Shown here one piece after another: positions 52,381-64,000 of a stretch of 64,000 nucleotides of DNA. Position numbers and translations under genes: made by a program. The notes beneath the pieces are model-generated. The model had not been told where the DNA came from. It saw only the letters and a list, made by a program, of their open reading frames with translations, and did no database searches. The first letter of the stretch is position 1; the number at the start of each line of letters is the position of its first letter. The stretch is from the human T2T-CHM13v2.0 reference genome, Homo sapiens. The stretch is taken from NCBI RefSeq assembly GCF_009914755.1, contig NC_060939.1; one strand, 5' to 3'.

Positions 52381-55300
52381 TAGCTGGTGAGGCAGTGATG
52401 ACAATGATGATGACTATCCGTGGAGAGGGGAGTGGTTTTAGTAATTCTGCTCCACGCAGCATTAGAAGAGTAGATGCTTGAGTAGTGTTGAAGAGATGAT
52501 GAATTATTGGCCATTTTATTGACAAACAGAACACCAAAAACCAAAGATACTCACTCCCTGGATTAGATGTCACCGTAGTCTGTGTATCAACAAAATCTCC
52601 AAAGTGATTTGGAAGGACACTTTGAGTTTGGCAGGGGATAGATGCTGGTGAGTGAGTTGGAGAACTAATGCAGGTGCATCCCAGAAGCAATAGTTGGAGC
52701 TTCTCCCAATTGTCCCTCAAATGCATTAGTCCCGACTGAAATCTGGTGGTTTGTGTAATGTTAAAAACATTCTTTTACTTTTCATCCTGGATGCATCTAT
52801 GGCCTGCATTTGAGCTCCTACCTAAAGTAGTTCTGTCTGGCAGAGAGCAGAAGAACACTCCAAGTGTGGTCTATGGCTCTAAGCTCTGAAAGCCTCATCA
52901 TTTCCTTATGGGGATAATTAAAAACTCTTTTAAAGCCTCTGAAACTCTCTTATTGAACCCTAATAAATATCAGTGGCTTTATTTGCCACAACTTACTAAA
53001 AAGCAGAGCAGTGGTTAAATGAAAAGATTTATGATATTTGCATTGTTTATTTTGAAGCATCTAATTAAATAATTAGTTCAGTCTTCTAGCTGTTTTTAGA
53101 AACAAGTCTTTAGAACCCTACAGAGAGATTTTCTGGGCCCAGGAACTCATTTGGGGAAGTGATTGGCCTTTGAACAGTAAGTAGAAAGTCATCAAGGTAG
53201 CTCTGCCCACCTGGTGTTTGCTTATGGAAACCATCTGCTGGTTAAAGTTCCTGGCTCAGAACAGCCCTAGCCAGGCAGTCACAGCCTGCACAGAGGTGCA
53301 GTGATGGCCATAGTGTGCCGAAGCGGCTGATCGCTTCAAGAGCGTCTGGAAAGTTGATGGTCTATCTGTCACTGCGATCTTGACATCCTGTGTGGTTCAG
53401 TCTGGTTGCAGTTGGACTCATGCTGGGTCTGGCGGGTAGGTGAGAATCTCTACCTTGCTGTTGCTGTCCAGGTTTCAAGGCAAGCGTGAGAGTAGTCCTA
53501 CACAGAGGAAAACACACATTAGGCTCAAGCACCTGCCTGTGCTTTGCTGCTGCTTGTTTAAAGGAGTGCTTGGAAATGCCAGCTGCCCAGCCTCTAGAGA
53601 GCTGGGGGGATGGACCCCTATCCTGTGAGAAGTTGAGTTTGAGGATACACCTGACCGCTGAGGGATGCAGAGCACACCTACGCTAGCTCACTTTTACACA
53701 ACCCGATAGATTTCTTGATGTTATGCACTGGATAATTCCCTTGTGGCCCAGTCACCTTCCCTTTTGTAGGGATGGCCTGTCTATGTGATAGAAAGTACTC
53801 AAGCCATGGAATCAAGTGGATGTGAATTCCACTGCTGAACCTGCCACACACTGACTTTGGGACTGAGCGAAAGCGTTTCTGAGACTCAGCCCTTCTAACT
53901 CTCACAGGAGGAATGGAATAGCTAATTGCACCCAGTGAGGGTTAAAAACGTCTTGTATGTGAAAGGAGATAATGCCACACCAGGTGTGCTCAGGCTGTGT
54001 CTGTTAGCAGCTGAGTTGCTCTGTCGTCTCATGCTTGGGCGTGCTGTTAGGTAATTTGCTAATCTGTTTTTTATAAAGCCTAGAAAGCAACAATCAGAAA
54101 ATATTAAATTCAGAGGTTAATTAGGTCTCTCACATAAGCCAGGTTGTGCTGGAGTTGCCTAAAAATTTTGCATCCTTTCTAACTTCTGCACTTCGAGAAA
54201 GAGCAGGGCCTGTTCGCCATCCTGGTTCTAAGAGCAGATGGTCTGCCTGACCAAGAGCTCAGAGGTGACATTAGTTAAAGATCCATGACATAAGCTACAG
54301 CTTCTATGAGCGCCAGATTGACCTTTGTTAGAATGAATGAGTTTTACTGGACTTTGGTACAGCTACTGAGTTAGTTCAAGAGCACAGGTGCTTTTTGGTT
54401 AGAGGCATATTAGGTCATGAGCTTGCTAGAAGTCAATCTCTGTGAGTCTTTTTCCCACAAATAATGAGTGCTGGGGTTCATGCTGGTGACTGTTTCCTAC
54501 TTTGATCTGGCATATGTCTGCCTGATCCAGCCCTTTCTGTGCCCAACACTCCTTGTGTCTTTAAGATGAGCTGAGTAAAAAATTCCAGCAGGAAAAAAAC
54601 GACAACAATTTCCTATTCATTTAAATGACTGCCGTTATTGTTAAAGACTCAACTCTTTTTCAAAACTAGATTTCCAGTGCCCCAAAAGACAAAACATAGT
54701 GAGCGTAATAAACAGGATAGATGTGTCTAGTGCAGAGAGAATCATCAGAATTACTAATGAAGCTTCTTCATTAAGCTACCACTCCAGTCCAGAAAGGGAG
54801 TTCCCCTCTAGGGAAAGCCCCCAAATGTATCCTTTTAGCAATGTCTCCCTTTATTTGATCTCTGTTTTAGAGAACCAGAGTCCTTTACTTCAACAAAATA
54901 ATTTCTAAAGGAAGTAGCAGAAAGGCTCGTTAATTGATAGTTTGGGAATTGTGCTGCATTGAATTATATAACCTGGAATGTCATATTATACCGATTTAGC
55001 ACTCACATGCATTGCACAACAGTTTATAAACGAACTAAGCAACATTTCCACTGACACGCAGGAGGACTACAATATGTCTGTGGTGTAACATTTAGGACAA
55101 TACCTTTATATATATGTTCTCAATGAGATAAAGGTCAGTTTCATGGTAGGTGCTGCTAAGAATAAGGAAGAGAGATTGTTCTCTTAACACCTGTCTAGTT
55201 AATGTGGAACTTGGTTGGAGAACCCATAAACACAAAATATTCAGGCATTGTTCCATAGTGAAAAGACGACAGCTTTCTACCATGGCAGACTCTGAGCTTG

Positions 55301-58300
55301 AGTTGAAGGGACATTGGATGGATATATGGCTGGAGTATTGAGGCTGGGAAGTCCTCTCTTACGTTGAATCGGGGAAGACTGCAAAGAAAAGGTCGGGGAG
55401 AGAACAAGATGGGGTGGATGTCAGATGTTGTTTTGGGGGAGAACAGAGGAAGAGGAGTCACTGAATAGGGATAGTGTGGAAGGAGGCTTGCCTCATGGTG
55501 AGTGGCAGAAGGGCTTGGGTTGTATGTACTAGAATGGCCTTGCATAGGAAGGGAGGAGCAAGGGAAGTGGATGATTTAATTGACGCTAAGAACCTCTCGC
55601 AGATTTTTAGAGGCCTTAGAATTAGTAGGCTTTTCTGAAAATTAGAAGAACTGGAGAGGGCGTGGAGGAAGGAAAGTAGTATACTTCTTTTTCCTGTTCT
55701 GTAAGTTTTGGGGCATCATGCATTAAATTATTAAAACAATCCCCAAAGCATAAAATTAGGGTATTTTGGGATTACCATGAGTATTTTACCCAAGGAAGAG
55801 CGATCCAAGCTCTACTAGTTTATAGGGTAGTACCTCAAAGACTGTAAGTTTATTTATTTTCTAAATTTTTGGAAGCATCTCTTTTCAGAAGAAAGACTTT
55901 AGAAAGAGCCATACTGACAGCCTTGAGGACTTGGTGATTTCGAACCTACAGGTCAAATGTCTCCGATGGGTCCAGAAAGGTTGCCTTTTCTAAAGAAGTC
56001 GGCTCGGTAAACAGGAGGACCCAATCACAGGTGCCATTGCTTGAATGAACTTGAGAGCAACCCCATACTTGGTCCCTAAATGACCCACTAGCAAAACTGA
56101 AAGACCTTTTTTTCTTCCTGCAAACACATACACACATAACACATAATTCAGATTGCTATATTTCTTGAAATGGCTTCCACTGGGGTTGACATGGGTCTGA
56201 TTTGATCAAAACCTGGACCCAGCAAGTGAGACCTCCCTGGAGCTCAGGCTTTATGGTAACACAGACTGGGGTTCGTATCCCCCTTTCGCCGCCAGGTTGT
56301 GCAGTGCCCCAAAGGCAAGTCACCTATTCTTTCTGAACTCCAGTTTGCCCTGCTGTAAAAACAGAATCATAACACTTGTTCCATGTGGGTTTTGTGAACA
56401 TGAAGTAATGTTTATGAAGTATCTAGCTGAGTTGCACATTCAATGAGCTAAAAAAATAAATTGCAGTTAAGATGTTTTCGTTTTAAATTCCTTGACTTGT
56501 GACCTCCTTTCTAAACTGGCATACTACAATCATCTAGATTCATTTTTACAGGTTTTGGGGAGTCAACATTGACACTGAAATCATAAATCAGGTTTAAAAT
56601 TCTGTGTTCAACTTGGTAGAACGTAAGGGTTTTATACACACACGCACAGAGATAGGTATAAGTTGTTTTCTCAATGATGTTTTTCAGTGATATTGGCAAA
56701 TGTGATTATTACGCCTAGAAAACAATAACTGGGACCATAATCGTTTATATGATATATGCGAATGTAAAACTGAAACTAAAAGCAAATCCTTTCAAAAAGC
56801 AAATCTGCTTTGGATAGCATCAGTCATGGTCAAAAAGGCAGATCAACGCCCTGTCTACCAAGAAGAGCAATATTTCAGCTAGGAAACTCTATTTGAAGAG
56901 ATTTTATGGATTTCTGATGTGTAAAATGATTTTGTATCATATTGTAGATGGAGTCATTTGTAGAGAGAATGAAAAATATATTACTTCTGACATGTTCTTT
57001 TTAATTGAAATGACATTTGTACACTCTGATATTTCTCTGTGCCAATGTGTTTTTCTTCTCACTGACCGCAGCCATCATCCAAGTCAAGGTCAAGGGCTGC
57101 ATGCTGTCCCAAATGTTATGCTCTGCCGAGCCGTCCCCTGAGTTACAGTTGGGAAGTCTGCAAACCTCTGCCTCACTCACCATCAGAATATTTTCTGGAG
57201 GAACAACTCTAGGATTGAAATAAGCAAGAGCCAGTTCTGCTGGGGTCATAGTCCAGGGCCCACAGCTCAACCACGAGAGAACAGATACAAAGTGTCCTGG
57301 GCTCCTTCACATCTCTGTCATTCTGTCACTCAGGAGCCTGGTTAGGTGACTCAGGTTCTGAGCAGTACCCTGGGTTAACTCCTGCCAGCCCACTCAGTTT
57401 CTGAGCTGCAAAAGCCAACTCGAGAATGTCTCCAGCACGGCCTGATGCTTGTTGTACAGCCTGTGCAATAAGTAAACCAGGGATTCGTGTGTCAGGAAGA
57501 CAGCAGGCTTTGACACCATGGTGCCATTTGGATTTGGCTCTACCACTATGATCTGTGTGATCTTAGGCAGGTCATCAAAGGTCAACAAGTCTCAGTTTCC
57601 TTCCAACATTTTGAATGACAGTACCCACATCCTTCAAAGGTCTGTCTAAATGGGATGGTGCATGGACAGAACTTACCTCCTTCTAAAAGCTTCCTTAATG
57701 TTAGCTACTATCAGTGTGGAGTTGTAATGAGGACCAAAGAGAAGTAACATGAAGCAATACAAAGCTTGTCCCACAGATGTTTCTTTCCTGAAGTCCTTTC
57801 TGTTTAGTTCAGATGGGCAGGCGATGTGCAATGAGGGAAAGGTGTGCATTCATCCAATAGAGGCATTTTCCAAAGCCCCGTGCTCATGGAGAGGGACAGT
57901 GGCACATGGAAGTCTTATGGAGAAGTGCCATGTGGGCTGGACTCCCCCAGACTTCATTGTGTAGCTCCTCCCTGCAATTTCACCGCACTCTTGACAGCCC
58001 AGAGTCAAGCAAATGGGAGATGGCGGAGCAGGTACCTTGAGCCCCTCTAGGATAAACTACCACATGACACTTAGGATCTTTACTTTTCATTATATCTGCA
58101 ACACTCAGCACAGGACCCTGGAAAGTTTTTGTTGAATTATGGGATGCTAGACTGCAGAGTAGATACTCAGGTGATCTATGTAACCTATTCAGTGTTTCTC
58201 TAAAGTGTTTCAAATAACGTTACTCTTGGAAGGGGCTCCATTAAAACAACACCAATAAAATATATGGTCTTGATAAAGCTCCCTTTTGGAGAATGGTGAT

Positions 58301-58439
58301 GCACGTTAACATATTAAAGCCCCTAGGCAGTTCTGCACAAAGAAACCAGTTTAACTGCATTCAGTCCAGCGTTTCTCAGTTTCATTTGGTCTAGGGACCC
58401 TTTTTCACTTCTTCCTAGGACACTTAGTAACAGCTCATG

Positions 58440-58800
58440 CATATTAGAACCCATCAATCAATGGCATATTGATTGGTGTTAGTATATAATAATAAATCCT
58501 TGTGCATTTTTATGTAATTATTAGACTTCTGTGTAGGCATTTGCTTCCTGTTACAGTGCCATTGTCCTTACCTGTCTGCAAAACAAAATTCATTTAAATT
58601 TTTCTCCTGTAACTCTGTTGTTGATGTCAGTGGGGATCAAATGTTCGGCTGGACTTAATTTTTTATGAGCCCTGTTGATCTTTCTGCATGATGACCCCTC
58701 TGCCGCATGAAGCCCCAAGCCCAGTAATAAATGATGGGCTGAGACTCACTGGGCAGTCTCAGGGGGCCCTGATTGTTTTCACAACTGTCTCTATGATCCA
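58440..58800. promoter_or_regulatory. Candidate HOX/PBX-type enhancer
   Basis: Perfect TGATTGATGG (minus, 58451-58460), TGATTGG, several TTTAT/TAAT, CATTGT, GATCAAA in unique DNA. Confidence 0.5.
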
Positions 58801-58829
58801 ATCAACTTTGTTCTGAAAAAATAGCTGGG

Positions 58830-59770
58830 ATTCCCCCTACTCCTCACCACCTCCATCACCAGCTGGCTGTTCCAGTCCAAGCCATCATTGTGTCTTACAT
58901 GGATCTTCACAGTAGCCATCTAAACAGACTGTTCCCAGCACAGCAGCCAGTGCGATCCTGCTAAAACCCAAGTCAGATCAAGTCAGTCCAATGCCTGGAA
59001 AATACCAGAATCCTCACAATAGCCTTCAAGGCTCTACATGACCAGGGCCCCTGCCACACTCCTCTTCTCTCACTGGCTATAGCAACCCCGGACATCTTGG
59101 TCTTCTGGAATGCTCCGGGCAGGGTCCTATCCCATGACCATTGCATTTCCTCTCCTTTCTACCTGGGACGCTTTCTCTCAGATATCCAAATGGCTCTCTT
59201 CCTCACTTATTTCCCACATCTGTCAAATGCCATCTTACCTTATGATCAAATCAGGGTAATTAGCATAGCTCTTACCTCAAACATTCATCATTTCTTTGTT
59301 GTGGGAGCACACAAAATCCTCTTCTCATGCTATTTTGAGATTACAATGCCTTATTGTTGACTGTAGTCACCTTACTGTCACATGTATGGAAACATCACAT
59401 TGTACTCCATAAATATGTACAATTATTATATATCAGTTTTAAAAAAAGATAAAAATTTAAACACATGCTTCTTAAAAAAAAATTCCATCTTATCAGAGAG
59501 GCTTACCTGGGTCACCCTATGTAAAATGCAAGAATCCCCCACTTCCTTGACAGTTATTCTCTCTCTCATTCCTTGCTTTTTAACCCCCTTGGCGCCATCA
59601 GTGCCTGCCCTGTGATGTATTTATATTGTTATTTACTGACTCACCTTCTCAAAGGAATGTTAGCTGTGCTAGGGCAAGGGCTCAGCTTTGCCAAGGGCAG
59701 CATCGCTGGCTCCTAGCGTGGTGCTTGGCCTGCAGTCACAGCCCAGGACCTGACCATTGAATGGGTGAGT
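58830..59770 (+). mobile_element. L2 fragment interrupted by L1MA
   Basis: cacagcagccagtgcgatcctgctaaaac..aagtcagatca...tcagagaggctt. Confidence 0.7.
59238..59479 (+). mobile_element. L1MA 3' end with 5' inversion
   Basis: Reverse L1MA segment ~59242-59378 then forward terminal segment and A tail; TSD aaat(g/t)ccatctta. Confidence 0.85.
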
Positions 59771-60059
59771 AACGGCAGTGGCTAGCAGCCCTCTAGTGAT
59801 GTGAACAGAGCGAGTTATACGCAAGAGATTGTGAACATCAGGGAACCTCTCAATTTGCTGTGTTATTTGGAATGGCTCAGCCTGGCAGCTGTCCCCAGGG
59901 TCACAGACTGCTGCTTCTGAGTAAACTTGTCACAGCTGAAGGTGAGAGCCAGCGAATCACCAGCACATGAGCGGGGACTGAAGCCTCAGAGGAGAAGGAG
60001 GGTGGTGCAAAGACAGCCCAGAGAGGAAGAGACAGAAGGCGGAGCCCTGCAGAGCCTCG

Positions 60060-60320
60060 GGCAGCAATGCAAACAACCCACTGTCACTGAGGTTGCCTTT
60101 ATGTAATAATCAGTGCCGTTTATTGCATGAGTGCATCTTCTGCTGTCCTTGTTGCCTCTTACAAAGACCATTGTATTTTCATCTTCTCAGTTACAAGCCT
60201 TTGAGATTGGAGCAGCTTGCACGTGAGCAAACAGCTCGCCATTAGGAATCAGTCTGGATAAGAGCAGGAAAGGGCTCAGCTTTCTTGGGCTTTTCTTGCC
60301 GTGAAATGAGCAAATTGAAA
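60060..60320. promoter_or_regulatory. Candidate developmental enhancer
   Basis: CTGTCA, TTTATG, TTTATTG, ACAAAG, CATTGT, CACGTG within ~150 bp of unique DNA. Confidence 0.45.
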
Positions 60321-60512
60321 GTGAAGGTTTTCAAGGTCCCTTCCCAGCCCACAGTTCTGGGAATTTAGTCACCTTGAAGCCAAGGGAGCATGTGTGTCAC
60401 TCATTTCATGACTCAGAATAGCAGGCACTTCAGAAATACATAAAGCCAGACCCAGAGGTGGTGTTGGCCTTGTGGAAAGTGTCCCCTTCCCATCGCTGAC
60501 CACATTGCTCTA

Positions 60513-60773
<261 letters not shown>

Positions 60774-63189
60774 TCAGAGCATCCCCAAGGAGCTAGAGAA
60801 AGAACAAATAAATCACCAATGAATACAAAGATGAATAACTTCAGAGAAGTACTTCATGAAAAAGAAAATGGCATTTGTTGAATGTAAAAGAACAACTGCG
60901 GTAGCAGGTTATGGATCAAAGCTCTCACAGCCTGAAAATTAAAAGACCCTGCGTCACACGGTCCTCCAGGGAAAATAGCCAGTGGCCCCACAGTTCTGGC
61001 TACGAGGCTTCAGCTTCCAGAGAGAGGGAGACTGACATCTCCACTGGACTAGAAGAAAGGAAGCCTGTGTGCAGATGGGTGGCTTTGCATGTGGCAGACC
61101 TTGAAGCTAGGGGGAGAGAGCCATCTTTCTAGACTTGTCAAAGGGCAAGACCGGGCCCTTCTCAGCATAGAGGGAATGTGAACTTGGACTCTAATTACTC
61201 ATCAGTTCTCTCGGCAGCATGGATTGATATTGGTATCTCATTTCGTGGATGAATAGAGAGGCTCATAGATGTTGAGGCTTGGTTTGAGTCACACAGGTGC
61301 TGCGGCCAAACGCCTCTGATGTTCCTGCAGTACGTGGCCTATTCTTTGGGCCAGGTGCTGTGTTGGCTGCCATGGTGATCTGACCTCAACCCTACCAGCC
61401 GTTTTGGATAGTGGTGACCCCTTTGTGGCAGAAGGTGACATGAGATTTGTTCCTGTGGTCTGATGTGCCCGAGGAGCACAGCACAGGGAGCCTTGAAACA
61501 AGGTGCCCCAGCCACCCGCCGAGTTAGGTTAAACTTCTCAGCTGATGACTTAAAGTATTAAGAAGAGACAAACAGGCATTCTTCAGTGATACAGAAAATG
61601 TCACTCACAATCAAACATTCTTTCTTGTTTTTAAATCCAGCTGAGCTATAGACCTGTCATAAAATCATGGCATCTAAAAGGCCCTTTAGAGGTCCTGCTG
61701 GCAGGGGATGTTGAGGAAGGATTTGGACTTTGAGTCAGACCTGTGGGGTTTAATTCCTGGACCTGCGCCATGCAGTTCAGTGACTGGACAAGATGCTGAA
61801 CCTCTCTGAGCCTCAGTTTCTCACCTTGTGAGATTGCTCAAGAATATGCTGTCCTAATAGGTGACAGAGGTCAGGCAGGAATTAAGCAGGTTTTTCTATG
61901 TAAAAGGCTGAGCGTACAGTAGGTTTTCACCAAAAATAGGTGACCTCCCCTCGCGTGGTCACTCCCACCCCCATCTTTTCTGGACCAGGAGGGCACAATC
62001 TTACCCCCAGTGAGCAATGCTAAGGCCTCTTTATCTCCCCAGATCCAGGCTAAAGCTTAAACCTGAGCCCATTTTCCTTTGTCTCGGCTGGCACCTTGGC
62101 AGGGGAGAAATATATGGAGGAAAATCAGTACCTTTGTTTCCTCCCAAGGAAAAGAAAATGCAGAAGCCTGATGGGCGTCTCACCTAGATCACAGTTCACT
62201 GGGCCACGGGGGCAGTGGACCACCTGCGGCTCTTTTAAGTGCAACTCCGGTTCAAGCCAAATACCTGGGCACAGATGTGAAGCGTGGGTGGCAGAGAGGC
62301 AAAGAAAGAGCTGGAAAGAAAACTGGCACTCTTCGGAGGGCTGCAGGAGTGAGAATGCCCCGTGATTAGGGTTTCCTTCTAGGCCCGTATTTTCAATTAC
62401 AGTCATAATTTATTGCTATTATGGGCACCAAACTATACTTGCCATGGGCTTTGCATACACAGGAAATGAGCCAGCATTTAAACACTACTCAGAAAAAGGG
62501 GCCTAATGGCTAAAAAGCAGTGGGAAAATGCAAACCTGCCCTCTCCTCCTTGTCACAAAACACCCACCTCTTCCTCCTCCACTTGTCCACTAAAACACTT
62601 GCCTTTAAAAATCAAATTAACAACATTTATTGCTTATACAACATTTATTGGGTGCCTAGTCTGCCAGGCTATATGGTGGAAGTGGTGAGGAAAATGGGGC
62701 ACTTTGAGGATATTGTCCTTCTCTGTGGAGGGAGAAGGGTGGGAGGTTTTCAGGTCCCAAGCATTCTGGGAACTCAGCGTCATGGCTTGGCAAGGAGACA
62801 GAGTAGGCATTGAGGGAGGTGGAGGAGGAGGGTAAGGAGGATCAGGCCTGGATCTGATGTGGAGGGAACTGAGCTAGCTGTGAGTGTAAGTCCTTCCTAA
62901 GGGGAAAAGCTCCACTGTTTGGTTTGCAGTCCCCCAAAAGGCTGATGCATTCTTTCTTGGTGCCATGGCTAAGCTTAAGGCATGGCTTTCAGAAGCCTTG
63001 GACAGCAGAGAAATACTGGGAAGCAGGGGCACCACCATTTCTAGTTTCAGGTGGGAGAGCTCTTTGGAGTGATGTCCTACTGATGAGCAAGGTCCATCCT
63101 TGGGGGCTTGGGCAGGCAAGAGCTAGGCATAGGAGTGAGCAACTTGGTACATTTAATGCCAGGAGCTTTCCGTAGGTCCTGTTGGCGGG

Positions 63190-63553
63190 TGTATTCATCC
63201 ATTTTCATACTGCTGTGAAGATACTACCTCAGACTGGGTAATTTATAAAGGAAAGAGGTTTAATTGACTCACAGTTCCACATGGCTGGGGAGGCTTCAGG
63301 AAACTTACAATCATGTCAGAAGGCGAAGAAGAAGCAAGTACCTTCTTCGCAAGGCAGCAGAAAGAGAGAAAAGCCCAGGGGGAACTGCCACTTCTAAACT
63401 ATGAGATCTCGTGAGAACTCCCTCACTATCACGAGAACAGCATGGGGGAAACCGCCCCCATGATCCAATCACCTCCTACCCAGGTCTCTCCCTTGACACA
63501 TGGGGATTACATTTCAAGATGAGATTTGGGTGAGGACACAGCCAAACCATATT
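63190..63553 (-). mobile_element. THE1 (C/D)-like MaLR LTR
   Basis: gactgggtaatttataaaggaaagaggtttaattgactcacagttc...gagatttgggtgaggacacagccaaaccat. Confidence 0.9.
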
Positions 63554-64000
63554 GGGTTTAGGACAGCTTTCACTCCCAAGGGAGAGGCAGAACAGTAAGC
63601 AAGCAGGAAGATGGCCAGAACCTAGAGTTTACACATGGCAGTGAGCGTGGGGTGTGAACAGGCTGCTAGGGGTAACTGTTGTGGGCATTGCCCAAGCATT
63701 GCTGATGATAAGACTGGTCCAGTCCCTGCTTGCTGGTGGGGCCCAGGCTCTGACCCCATTTGCTCAATCAGGAAGGCCCGAGCTTATAGGAACATGGCTT
63801 CAGAAACAGGGGCCAAGAAGAACTGGTGAAGGCAGGAGCTGATAGCTGGAAAAGTAAGACATAAGAAAAATATGAAATGGAAATTTAAAATAAGGTACAA
63901 ATGATTTGGCATGTGGTTGGTCACCAAATGAATTGCAGAGACACTCCTCAGAGGATTAAAGTAGTGGGCAGAAAGGATTTCAGGATAGGGCACTCCAAGG

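Overview
Human (primate) genomic DNA, about 45% GC, with no credible full-length protein-coding gene, tRNA, rRNA or CRISPR array. The long ORFs in the track are Alu-, L1-, L2- or LTR-derived, or chance. Much of the window is interspersed repeats: about 14 Alu/monomer copies, L1PB/L1PA/L1M fragments, L2, MIR, Tigger/MER DNA transposons, MaLR LTRs, and three ERV LTRs (LTR10B-like, LTR12, MER11), all three antisense to the + strand. Between them lie repeat-free blocks rich in PBX-HOX/MEIS/homeodomain/SOX/TCF motifs that look like developmental enhancers. This pattern suggests a very large intron of a + strand gene in a gene-regulatory block; my tentative, unverified guess is FTO intron 8 next to the IRX cluster. 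The most unusual directly visible structures are a MER11 LTR end + Lys-tRNA PBS + duplicated LTR terminus, a twin-primed (5'-inverted) L1MA insertion, an L2-derived pre-miRNA-like hairpin, a quasi-palindromic AT-rich array in an Alu linker, a CpG-rich candidate CTCF site, and two candidate phase-2 terminal exons. I cannot support a wholly new biological system from sequence alone. Repeat subfamily names are by eye and boundaries are approximate unless a TSD is quoted.
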